In this document: piece after piece, positions 10,071-18,719 of the stretch
Numbering within the stretch: position 1 is the first letter of the stretch
How the letters are laid out: each line of letters opens with the position of its first letter
NCBI GenBank assembly: GCA_023251095.1
Contig: JAHEZL010000012.1
Location: forward strand, 42,243-106,242
Source of the DNA: Flavobacteriales bacterium
GTDB taxonomy: Bacteria; Bacteroidota; Bacteroidia; Flavobacteriales_C; GCA-002722245
Direction: 5' to 3'
Length of the DNA: 64,000 nt
Made by a program: the position numbers and the translations under genes
The notes under the pieces: generated by a model
Database searches by the model: none
What the model was told of the DNA's origin: nothing
The model's input: only the letters and a program-made list of their open reading frames with translations

Positions 10071-10730
10071 TTATATTGAATTGTCTTTTTTAAGTAAATC
10101 GATTCTTATTTTAAGTTCGCTGATCCACAATCCTAAAAGGATCCATGCGGGAATAGCTACATAAAATACCGCGCTCAAGCGAGCATCTCTGTCGTAATTG
10201 TTGAAGCCAGGGTTTCCACCATTGCCCGGATGCAATGAATCTACCATGCGCGGATAAACACCTGTGAAAATCAGCAGCATGATGAAAGCGAAAATATTGA
10301 AAGCTCCTGACAAATGTGCTTTCTTTTCTTCGTCGTTTACAGAAGAGCGCAAAATGAAATAAGCGAAATAAATTAAGATGGCTATGGCAGCGCCAATGAT
10401 TTTAGGATCCTGCGGAAGGGGCGATCCCCATGTGTATTGTCCCCAAAGCATTCCGGTAACAAAACCCAAAACTCCGAAGAAGCAGCCAACATGTGCTAAA
10501 GCAGAAGCATATAAATCGTATTTCAAATCTTTTTTCTTGAGGAAGATGATGCTGTAAATCATCGATATCAGCAAAAGGAAAATCATGGTAAACCACATCG
10601 GAACGTGGTAAAACAAATTTCTTATGGTTTCATGAAGGGTGTGTAAAGCAGGAACGTCGCTTATCATTCCGTAAGCTACAGTGTAGATCAGTAGCGCGCT
10701 GCAAAGTATTTTCCACCAAATTTTCCGCAT
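10071..10730 (-). CDS. ccmC: Heme exporter CcmC
   Basis: FYHVPMW, TGMLWGQYTWG..QDPK, SLHPG. Confidence 0.93.
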   Translation of the reverse strand: MRKIWWKILCSALLIYTVAYGMISDVPALHTLHETIRNLFYHVPMWFTMIFLLLISMIYSIIFLKKKDLKYDLYASALAHVGCFFGVLGFVTGMLWGQYTWGSPLPQDPKIIGAAIAILIYFAYFILRSSVNDEEKKAHLSGAFNIFAFIMLLIFTGVYPRMVDSLHPGNGGNPGFNNYDRDARLSAVFYVAIPAWILLGLWISELKIRIDLLKKDNSI

Positions 10731-10876
10731 GTAATTTTTTTACCGTGCGAATTTAGCCATAAAAGTTTGAGAAATAGAGAGATTTTGATTTTTAACTTTT
10801 TCTTCTTTAAAAAGATAGGAATGAAGTGAAATTGTTCGTGTTTTGGCAGGGTCAAAATATCTTTAACTGCCAATAT

Positions 10877-13069
10877 TTATTCAATAATCAGTTTGGTGAT
10901 AAAATTGGTTTTATCAGTATTTACAACATTCAGGAAGTACAAACCGCTTTGCAGAAAACTTACATCAATCTTGTTGTTTGAATTGGTTAAAATAGTTTGT
11001 CCCACAGCATTTACAATGGAAAGCGATTGGAAGGAACCTAGGATGTTAATTTCTTGAGAAGCTGGATTAGGGAATATGGAAATTGGATTGTTGTTGATTT
11101 TTTCAATTCCTACTGTGCAGGTTTCGGAATAGGTGCTAGTGTTGTCTTTGATGAAATTGATATTTGATTGGGCAACGTTGGCGTCTGAAACACAAATCAT
11201 AGCTAAACTCGCATTGCCTAAACAATTCATTTTTGTTAAAGCGGTAAGGTCCCTTAAATCTAAAGACGTGAGTTTGTTGTTGCTGCAATCCAAAATACTA
11301 AGGTTAGGATGCCCTGAAGTTTTTAAAGAAGTGCTGTCACCAAAAATAATATTAGTTAATTGATTATTGGAGCAGATCAGGGAAATTAAATTTGAAAGAG
11401 AACTGACGTCAAGAGAGGTGATTTGATTATTAGATATGTCAAGGGTTTGAAGGTTGGAGAAATATTTAATAACACTCAAGTCGGTAAGGTTAAGATTGGA
11501 AAGTATAAGATTTGTAATCGCCATTGCTTCATCTGAATCAATTGCCTTATCATTATTTAAATCCGCTCCTAATTTGATTAATGCATTAAGCAGATCCCCT
11601 GAATCAATAATTGATTTTATCTTTACAAAGGTCGTAACAGTATCTGCTGCGCCACATCCATAAGAATTGAAGTAAGAATATACAACAGTTGTGTACCCCC
11701 CATGATTTATTAATGAATCTAGCGTTTTGGTTTTAGTATTTAATATTGAATAATAACCACCTATTGGAGTTCCTCCAGTTGTAGGAAGCTGAATGTTATT
11801 AAGTATTAATGTGTCTGGTAAAGTAAGTTTTACAAAAGGTTTTGGGAGTTTGTTAATATTGTATGACATACTATCTTTGCAATTATTGAGATCAGTCACT
11901 ATGAGTTTCCAAGTTCCAATTGCAGTATCAGTTATATTTTCAAATGAATAAGTTAATCCCCATGGATTATGCCATTCAGACTCGATTGAATTATAGCTGT
12001 TGTTTATCAATGTAACGGTATTTCCATCACAAACCTCTGTCGGATCAGCAAAAAAATAAGCTATCGGACCTCCTTTTATTGCAATGGAAGTTGGTTGACT
12101 AACGCCACAAGCATTGCTGTCTGTTACATTTACAATTTTGAATTTTTCATCTGGAATAAGTGTATCGCCGCTTCCCAGATGTTTTCCATCCAAAGAATAC
12201 CACTTTAGTATACCAATTCCTGCTGCTGAAAGGGTTTTAGCGGTTGATAAACATGGATTGATACTGTCCAATACTGTTGTGTTAATTGGTTGGGGAGGTG
12301 CTATGCAAGGGATGTCTCCGCCCTTAATATAATGAATGGTTAATGATGCATTATTTAATGCAATCGGTGCATAACCGTTATTGGGATCTTCCATTCCAAC
12401 TATTGACATAGACATTCCGCTTAGCTTTGTTATATCAAAACCGGAATCATAAACACATCCGGCGCCATTCCAGAGTCCATTATAAACATTTATGCAAGTT
12501 GCTTCATCCATTGTATATTGCACAGTTTTCATTTTTAGCAAGTCTATCGTAAAAGTTTTGCTTTCAAAAGGAGGCAGGGTTAAAAACATGGCGAAATGCG
12601 TACTGTCGCAATTTATAATTTTTGAATTAGAGTCGCCCGCATAAGCATTGCTATAAAACGAAGGAAGAATATTTACTAATTGAGAGCTATTGTTCTCTAG
12701 GGATATTTCAACAGTGTTTTTTAAATTTCCATAAGAAATATCGACGAAGTTATTTGAATCGTTTCCTAAATTAAAACCTACGTGATTCTCCCAGCTGTAA
12801 GAAATTGTGTTTACAACAAGGCCTAAATCACCATTTCCATTTCTTATTCTAGTTGTACCAGTAAAAATGCATTCTGAATTTCCGTAACAAACATTGGAAC
12901 TATCGGTTCCAACATCTTGTTTTCCATACCATGAGGTGGTATAGCCATTGTCTCCGTTAGTAGAGCCAATGGTAATGAAATTTTCATTGAACCCATTCGG
13001 ACCTATAAAATCCTGAGCTTTTGAAAATGTAAAAGTTATGGCAAAAATGTAAAGTAAAAATATTCTCAT
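10877..13069 (-). CDS. T9SS-secreted protein: unknown N-terminal beta-sandwich, Ig-like domains, leucine-rich repeats, type A CTD
   Basis: Signal peptide; LQTLDISNNQITSLDVS-type LRRs; C-terminal IFPNPA...NAVGQ...IDVSFLQSGLYFL...KLIIE. Confidence 0.88.
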   Translation of the reverse strand: MRIFLLYIFAITFTFSKAQDFIGPNGFNENFITIGSTNGDNGYTTSWYGKQDVGTDSSNVCYGNSECIFTGTTRIRNGNGDLGLVVNTISYSWENHVGFNLGNDSNNFVDISYGNLKNTVEISLENNSSQLVNILPSFYSNAYAGDSNSKIINCDSTHFAMFLTLPPFESKTFTIDLLKMKTVQYTMDEATCINVYNGLWNGAGCVYDSGFDITKLSGMSMSIVGMEDPNNGYAPIALNNASLTIHYIKGGDIPCIAPPQPINTTVLDSINPCLSTAKTLSAAGIGILKWYSLDGKHLGSGDTLIPDEKFKIVNVTDSNACGVSQPTSIAIKGGPIAYFFADPTEVCDGNTVTLINNSYNSIESEWHNPWGLTYSFENITDTAIGTWKLIVTDLNNCKDSMSYNINKLPKPFVKLTLPDTLILNNIQLPTTGGTPIGGYYSILNTKTKTLDSLINHGGYTTVVYSYFNSYGCGAADTVTTFVKIKSIIDSGDLLNALIKLGADLNNDKAIDSDEAMAITNLILSNLNLTDLSVIKYFSNLQTLDISNNQITSLDVSSLSNLISLICSNNQLTNIIFGDSTSLKTSGHPNLSILDCSNNKLTSLDLRDLTALTKMNCLGNASLAMICVSDANVAQSNINFIKDNTSTYSETCTVGIEKINNNPISIFPNPASQEINILGSFQSLSIVNAVGQTILTNSNNKIDVSFLQSGLYFLNVVNTDKTNFITKLIIE

Positions 13070-13128
13070 GATTGTTTATTTCAGCGGGAACGAAGCTACA
13101 TTTTTTCTAAAATGCAGGCAAATCAAAT

Positions 13129-14043
13129 TTAAAACTTTGCGATCTTTGGATATAAAAATAATCCAACTACCAGCACAATCAGGGTAAGTAGGGTGAGTGC
13201 TCCGTAATATTTCACAGAAGTTTCGGTAGTCACGCTGGGTTTGCTCCAGGCTGATGAAGCGTAAAAAATATTTTTTTCAAATTTTCCTTTCACGATCATT
13301 GCTTCATCTGTCTTGTGAACGAAATCGCCGCAAAAAACCATAGTACTTTCTTTCTTTTTGTAATCTACAGCGCTGAATTCATAGCAGTTTAAATCGTTGA
13401 TGTTTTTTTTAAAAAGAAAGCGATCACACAAAATTTCCACTTCCATTCCTTCTCTTGCGGCAGCATAGTGAAAGTCTTTGTATTCCTTGTTTCCAATAAG
13501 ATGATTGGTTTGCGCCACCAAAATAATAAAGAAGGGAATCAGCATGGGAATACTTAAAATAGGCATCAAGGTATTGTTGAAAGAGGCTTTGGAGGAAATA
13601 GCATTGGTGAGCGATAAAACACAAGCGAAACCGAGTCCGCCGATGATCACCAGTAAAATAAACAGCGCGTGATTTTCAATTAAATTCCCTACAAAAAAAG
13701 AATAACACAGGTAATTTAAAATTCCTGTAGTTACCATCAATAAAGCGTTGTACAATGTTTTTGCCAGCAGTATCGATTGTGGATGGGCCAATTGATTCAA
13801 ATACAATTGTGTGCTTTCGCTATCGTTGCGAAAAGTATTGTTGGCTGCGTTGATAAAGGCAAACAGCGTAATGATCCAGAAAAGAGCATTCCATGTTGGT
13901 GCGTGATCAATGTTTTCCAGCGCTAAAAAACTAATGAAAGTAGTGGCTGCCACAAAAAGTAAAATGCTGTTGATGCCTGATTTGCGGCGGAGTTCCATGC
14001 GGAACTCTTTTTGAAACAGATATTTTACTTCGTTGAAGTTCAA
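13129..14043 (-). CDS. ccmB: Heme exporter CcmB with an ~85-aa soluble insertion
   Basis: KEFRMELRRK start, ILLAK, LMPILSIPMLIP; longer than the usual ~220 aa. Confidence 0.85.
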   Translation of the reverse strand: MNFNEVKYLFQKEFRMELRRKSGINSILLFVAATTFISFLALENIDHAPTWNALFWIITLFAFINAANNTFRNDSESTQLYLNQLAHPQSILLAKTLYNALLMVTTGILNYLCYSFFVGNLIENHALFILLVIIGGLGFACVLSLTNAISSKASFNNTLMPILSIPMLIPFFIILVAQTNHLIGNKEYKDFHYAAAREGMEVEILCDRFLFKKNINDLNCYEFSAVDYKKKESTMVFCGDFVHKTDEAMIVKGKFEKNIFYASSAWSKPSVTTETSVKYYGALTLLTLIVLVVGLFLYPKIAKF

Positions 14044-14044
14044 G

Positions 14045-14752
14045 TTAAATTAAAGCTTTTAGAGAAGAAACTCCCAGAGGTCGCTCGGTGGTGAAGCCTT
14101 CTCCGTGCAGTTTTCCTATTAAGCGACCATATTCAATGGCTCTGCCTTCGAGGTAAGAGAAAAACTCCGGACCGGAAATAGGGGTGAGGATTTCTTCGGA
14201 ATCGGGATTGTAAAACTGAGAACGGAAAGCTTTTACGGTTTCCATTTTTTTATCGAAAAAACCGGTGATGTCAACAATCAAATCGGGTTTGGTGAAACGA
14301 TCCTGAATGTAGTGGTAAACCACTTCGGGTCGGTGCGGATTTTGTCCGGTGTCAATTCTTATCAATCCGGAAAGGAAGCAGGCTTCGCTTACTAATTGTG
14401 CTGCGCGACCATGATCAGGATGCCTGTCGGATATGGCATTTGCCAACACTATCCTCGGTTTATATTTACGAATCATTTTGATTACGCTGATTTTATTGGC
14501 TTCCGATAAATCAAAAAAACCGTCGGGCATTTTTAAATTTTCGCGCGCTGAAATTTTCATGAGTTTGGCAGCTTTGTCGGCTTCTTCCCTGCGGATTTCT
14601 TTATTGCCTCTTGTACCTAATTCTCCTTCGGTAAGATCAATGATGCCTACTTTATAACCTTGTTCAATGTGTTTGATCAGCGTGCCCGAACAAGAAAGTT
14701 CAATGTCGTCGGGATGCGCTGAAAATGCCAGAATATCTAGTGTTTCACTCAT
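14045..14752 (-). CDS. bshB1: Bacillithiol biosynthesis deacetylase BshB1
   Basis: AHPDDIEL, DLTEGELGTRG, DRHPDHG. Confidence 0.92.
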   Translation of the reverse strand: MSETLDILAFSAHPDDIELSCSGTLIKHIEQGYKVGIIDLTEGELGTRGNKEIRREEADKAAKLMKISARENLKMPDGFFDLSEANKISVIKMIRKYKPRIVLANAISDRHPDHGRAAQLVSEACFLSGLIRIDTGQNPHRPEVVYHYIQDRFTKPDLIVDITGFFDKKMETVKAFRSQFYNPDSEEILTPISGPEFFSYLEGRAIEYGRLIGKLHGEGFTTERPLGVSSLKALI

Positions 14753-15006
14753 ACAAAGAGTTTTTATCAGCGGTAAATATAATAAAACAGAGTGAGTGTA
14801 AGAGTGGGTTTTGAGAAAATCAGAGTGAGGCCGCTCTCGGGTCTCACTCTCACGCTGATTTTTAGACGAGCCACATTAATAAATTATTAATTCCTAATAT
14901 TTTTTTTCAAATTGCTTTTCTATTCTGTAGAAAATCCTATTTTAGCGGCTTCGCTTTTAAAGGGGATGAAAAAAACAACAATGTTCAATTAAAATTTCTA
15001 ATCATC

Positions 15007-16035
15007 ATGGCTAAAATTAAAGTTGCTTTCAATGGAATGGGCCGAATCGGCAAAAATGTAATGAGAGTTATCGTTGAAAAATTTAACGATCAGATTGAGA
15101 TAGTGGCGGGTAACGACTTGGTTCCTGCTTCTGAGATCGCAAGCGGTTTACCTAAAGATTCTATTTTCGGAAGATTTCCGGTAGATGTTAAATTGGTTTC
15201 TGACAATGTAATTCAGGTTGGTACACATAAAATCACTGTATATGCTGAAAAAGACGCAAACAACATTAAATGGGCTGCCCATGATGTTGATGTGGTTTTT
15301 GAGTGTACAGGTTTTTATTTAACTACTGAAAAAGCTCAGGCGCATATCAATGCCGGTGCAAAAAGAGTAATTGTTTCTGCACCTTGTAATGATGCAACTA
15401 AAACGGTTGTTGTGGGTGTAAACCACGATTCAATCAGTGCTGATGATAAAATTGTTTCTAACGCTTCTTGTACTACCAACTGTTTGGCTCCAATGACCAA
15501 AGCTTTGGATGATACTTATAAAGTGATTTCTGGTTTGATTTCTACAACTCATGCTGCAACTGCAACTCAAAAAGTAGCTGATGCTTTCGGTGGTGGAAAA
15601 AACAGAGCGACTTTGAACAACATTATTCCTGCATCTACAGGTGCTGCGAAAGCAGTAGGAAAAGTATTGCCTCACTTAAACGGTAAATTAAACGGTACTG
15701 CATTAAGAGTTCCAACCGATACAGGTTCAGTAGTTGAAGCGGTTTATCTGATTGAAGGAAATGTAACGAAAGAAGAAATTGCAACTGCAATGAAAGCTAA
15801 CGTAGCTAAAATCAACAGCGGTTCAATTTTGAAACAAACAGCTTACTTCGGTGACTACTACGAGTGTTCAAGAGACTGCGTTGGAGAGCCTTTCTCTTCA
15901 ATGATTATGGATGACGTTTTGGTTGTTCCAAGCAATGGAAATACACTTGTTAAAATGACAAGTTTTTATGATAACGAAATGGGCTTCTCTCACCGTATGG
16001 CTGAGTTGGCGCTTATCTTCACAGGTAAAAAATAA
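15007..16035 (+). CDS. gap: Glyceraldehyde-3-phosphate dehydrogenase type I (divergent)
   Basis: NGMGRIG, ECTG, NASCTTNCLAP, IIPASTGAAKA, RVPT, YDNE. Confidence 0.95.
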   Translation: MAKIKVAFNGMGRIGKNVMRVIVEKFNDQIEIVAGNDLVPASEIASGLPKDSIFGRFPVDVKLVSDNVIQVGTHKITVYAEKDANNIKWAAHDVDVVFECTGFYLTTEKAQAHINAGAKRVIVSAPCNDATKTVVVGVNHDSISADDKIVSNASCTTNCLAPMTKALDDTYKVISGLISTTHAATATQKVADAFGGGKNRATLNNIIPASTGAAKAVGKVLPHLNGKLNGTALRVPTDTGSVVEAVYLIEGNVTKEEIATAMKANVAKINSGSILKQTAYFGDYYECSRDCVGEPFSSMIMDDVLVVPSNGNTLVKMTSFYDNEMGFSHRMAELALIFTGKK

Positions 16036-16037
16036 TT

Positions 16038-17033
16038 GTGGCTGAAGCGTTGAAGAAGATACAGAAAATAGGAGTTTATACTTCAGGAGGAGATTCACCG
16101 GGAATGAACGCTGCTATACGAGCAGTCGTTCGTTCGTCGGTGTATTACGGATTAACGGTGTCTGGAATTTACCGTGGTTATGAAGGGATGATAGACAACG
16201 ACATCATTGATGAAATGGATGTTCGTTCAGTAAATCAGATTTTACAAAAAGGCGGTACCATTCTGGAGTCGGCGCGCTGCGAGGAGTTCAGAACTCCGGA
16301 AGGCAGATTGAAGGCTTACAAAAATTTGAAAGCACGTAAAATTGATGCATTGGTTGCCATTGGTGGTAACGGTACTTTTACCGGTGCAGAATTATTGTCG
16401 CAGGAACATGGAATTCCGATTATTGGTATTCCGGGAACTATTGACAATGATTTGAACGGAACCGATTATACTGTTGGTTTTGATACAGCAACCAACACAG
16501 CCATCAGCGCGGTAGATAATATCCGTAACACAGCTATGTCACACAACCGCTTGTTTTTTGTGGAAGTGATGGGACGCAATTCCGGTTTTATTGCAGCCAA
16601 CACAGGTTTGGCTTCAGGCGCAGTAGATATCTTGATTCCCGAAAGAGAAGGAAGCATTGATGCTATTGTGGAGAAACTGGAAAAAGGTCGTTTAAGAAAA
16701 AAAACATCAAGTATAGTAGTGGTTGCAGAAGGTTGTAAATTAGGCTCAACAGCGGATATTGCACAACAGGTTTGCAGCAAATTAAATTACTTTGATGCTA
16801 AAGTGACTATTCTCGGACACATTCAAAGAGGCGGAAATCCAACCTCTTTCGATCGTATTTTAGCAAGCCGTTTAGGTGTTGCAGCGGTAGAAGGATTGAT
16901 TGCCGGCAAAAAGAATGTAATGGCAGGATTAATAAAAAATGAAGTTGTTTATACTTCATTTAAAGACGCCATCATTGAGAAAGATTATGTTGATGAAGAA
17001 GTTTTGCGCGTAGCAAATATCCTTTCGATTTAA
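16038..17033 (+). CDS. pfkA: ATP-dependent 6-phosphofructokinase
   Basis: TSGGDSPGMNAA, GTIDND, VEVMGR, LGHIQRGG. Confidence 0.97.
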   Translation: MAEALKKIQKIGVYTSGGDSPGMNAAIRAVVRSSVYYGLTVSGIYRGYEGMIDNDIIDEMDVRSVNQILQKGGTILESARCEEFRTPEGRLKAYKNLKARKIDALVAIGGNGTFTGAELLSQEHGIPIIGIPGTIDNDLNGTDYTVGFDTATNTAISAVDNIRNTAMSHNRLFFVEVMGRNSGFIAANTGLASGAVDILIPEREGSIDAIVEKLEKGRLRKKTSSIVVVAEGCKLGSTADIAQQVCSKLNYFDAKVTILGHIQRGGNPTSFDRILASRLGVAAVEGLIAGKKNVMAGLIKNEVVYTSFKDAIIEKDYVDEEVLRVANILSI

Positions 17034-17056
17034 AGACTATACCCAATTAAAAATTT

Positions 17057-17091
17057 AAAACCTGTTTAGTGAAAATTAAACAGGTTTTTTT
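17057..17091 (+). terminator. Rho-independent terminator after gap-pfkA
   Basis: AAAACCTGTTTA-GTGAAAAT-TAAACAGGTTTT followed by a T run. Confidence 0.85.
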
Positions 17092-17206
17092 CTTTCATCC
17101 TGAAACATCTTTTTGTTTATTGAGTAAAGCGGCTTAATAAGAGGGTATTCTACTAAGTAATGCAATGTTTGAAAAAAATATTTTTTTTCGGGCATTGCAT
17201 TATTTA

Positions 17207-17239
17207 TTTGGAAGTGGAAATTATTTTTCCATATATTTG
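17207..17239 (+). promoter_or_regulatory. Bacteroidota sigmaA promoter for the chitinase operon
   Basis: TTTG (17207-17210), 21-nt spacer, TATATTTG (17232-17239). Confidence 0.7.
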
Positions 17240-17269
17240 AAACCATTGGGAGTTTCGTTTTACTTTTCT

Positions 17270-17283
17270 TGTAAACGTTTTCG
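17270..17283. promoter_or_regulatory. Possible LacI-type operator
   Basis: TGTAAACGTTTTCG near-palindrome centred on CG, in the 5' leader. Confidence 0.4.
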
Positions 17284-17356
17284 AATTAATATTAAATGTG
17301 AAGTGAATTTAATTTCAAGGGGTTGAAATTATTTCGTTGATCGTAAAATGTGAAAC

Positions 17357-18670
17357 ATGAAGAAACTAACTCTCATTGCTCTAATGCTGCTTGTTGCAGG
17401 TGTATTTCAAAATTTGAAAGCACAAAAACAAGATCCACAAAATGCAGTTCAAACCACAGGGAATCCAAAAGAAATCATTGCCTATTTCCCGTCGTGGCAA
17501 ATGTACAAACGCAATGGTTGCGTTGTGCCTGAGGTTTTAGATTACAGCCGCTACACTATTTTAAATTATTCTTTCTACGCTCCTGATAAAGATGCGAACA
17601 TTGAAGGAACTGATCCATGGGCCGATACTATCCTGTTAAAAGGAAGAATTGACTGGAGCAAACCTCAGCCGGCTTACTATCCGAATTCAAGCTTGGTGGA
17701 TTACGCACATTTATATGGTGTTAAAGTAATGGTGTCTATTGGCGGATGGACTTTATCAGACAATTTCCCGACCATTGCTGCCGATCCTAAAAAGAGAGCG
17801 CACTTCGCAAAAGAATGCATAAGATTGTTGCAACACTATCAGTTTGATGGAATTGATATCGACTGGGAATATCCGGGTTATGCTGAGCACAGCGGTACTC
17901 CGCAAGACAGAGACAATTATCCTTTGTTCATGAAAGCCATTCGCGACTCTATTGATGCCTACGGAAAAAGAATCAACTATAAATTCCTTTTAACAGGTGC
18001 TTACGGCGCCAACATTCCTCAAATGGATCAGATCAAATGGGATGTTATCACTCCTTTCATGGATTACATCAACATGATGACTTATGATTTCAACGGTACC
18101 TGGAGTGATGATGCCAACCACAATTCTCCTTTGTACAACCCTTCTAAAGGATACAAAGGAAGTTTAGATGAAGCTTATCGTTTGATGACCGGAAAATACA
18201 AAGTGCCAAGCACCAAACTCAATATGGGCGTTGCCTTTTACGGTAGAACCCTGCGTGGTTTTGAAGGGGAGGAGCCAATCACTATTTACAGAACAGGTCA
18301 TAAGAAAGCAGAAGATAAAACTGTTTTTGTAGAACATGAAGGAATGCCGCAGTATTTCAATATCATGGAAGAGTATAAAAAACATGGCTACAAAGAATAC
18401 TGGGATGATGTTGCGCAGGTTCCTTATCTGGTAAGTGAAGATGAAAAATCTTTTGTATCCTACGACAATCCGAAATCTGTAAGACTCAAAGCAGAATACA
18501 TCGTGAAAAACAAATGCGCCGGAGCAATTATCTGGGACGTGTTTGGCGATTACATGGAGAAAAAACCGGGATCGTCTCTGATCACTGGTACTCCGTTGGT
18601 GGATGAATTGGTGAATGCCTTTGGCACCAACCAGGTTGTTCGTCCGCGAATCAAAAAAAGATGGAATTAA
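17357..18670 (+). CDS. GH18 chitinase (signal peptide; no CBM or T9SS CTD)
   Basis: SIGGW, FDGIDIDWEYP (DxDxE), MTYDF, SYDNPKS, IIWD. Confidence 0.95.
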   Translation: MKKLTLIALMLLVAGVFQNLKAQKQDPQNAVQTTGNPKEIIAYFPSWQMYKRNGCVVPEVLDYSRYTILNYSFYAPDKDANIEGTDPWADTILLKGRIDWSKPQPAYYPNSSLVDYAHLYGVKVMVSIGGWTLSDNFPTIAADPKKRAHFAKECIRLLQHYQFDGIDIDWEYPGYAEHSGTPQDRDNYPLFMKAIRDSIDAYGKRINYKFLLTGAYGANIPQMDQIKWDVITPFMDYINMMTYDFNGTWSDDANHNSPLYNPSKGYKGSLDEAYRLMTGKYKVPSTKLNMGVAFYGRTLRGFEGEEPITIYRTGHKKAEDKTVFVEHEGMPQYFNIMEEYKKHGYKEYWDDVAQVPYLVSEDEKSFVSYDNPKSVRLKAEYIVKNKCAGAIIWDVFGDYMEKKPGSSLITGTPLVDELVNAFGTNQVVRPRIKKRWN

Positions 18671-18719
18671 TTTTCCGCACTAAAAATTCAAAAAATTAGA
18701 AATTAATATTTTCAATCTG

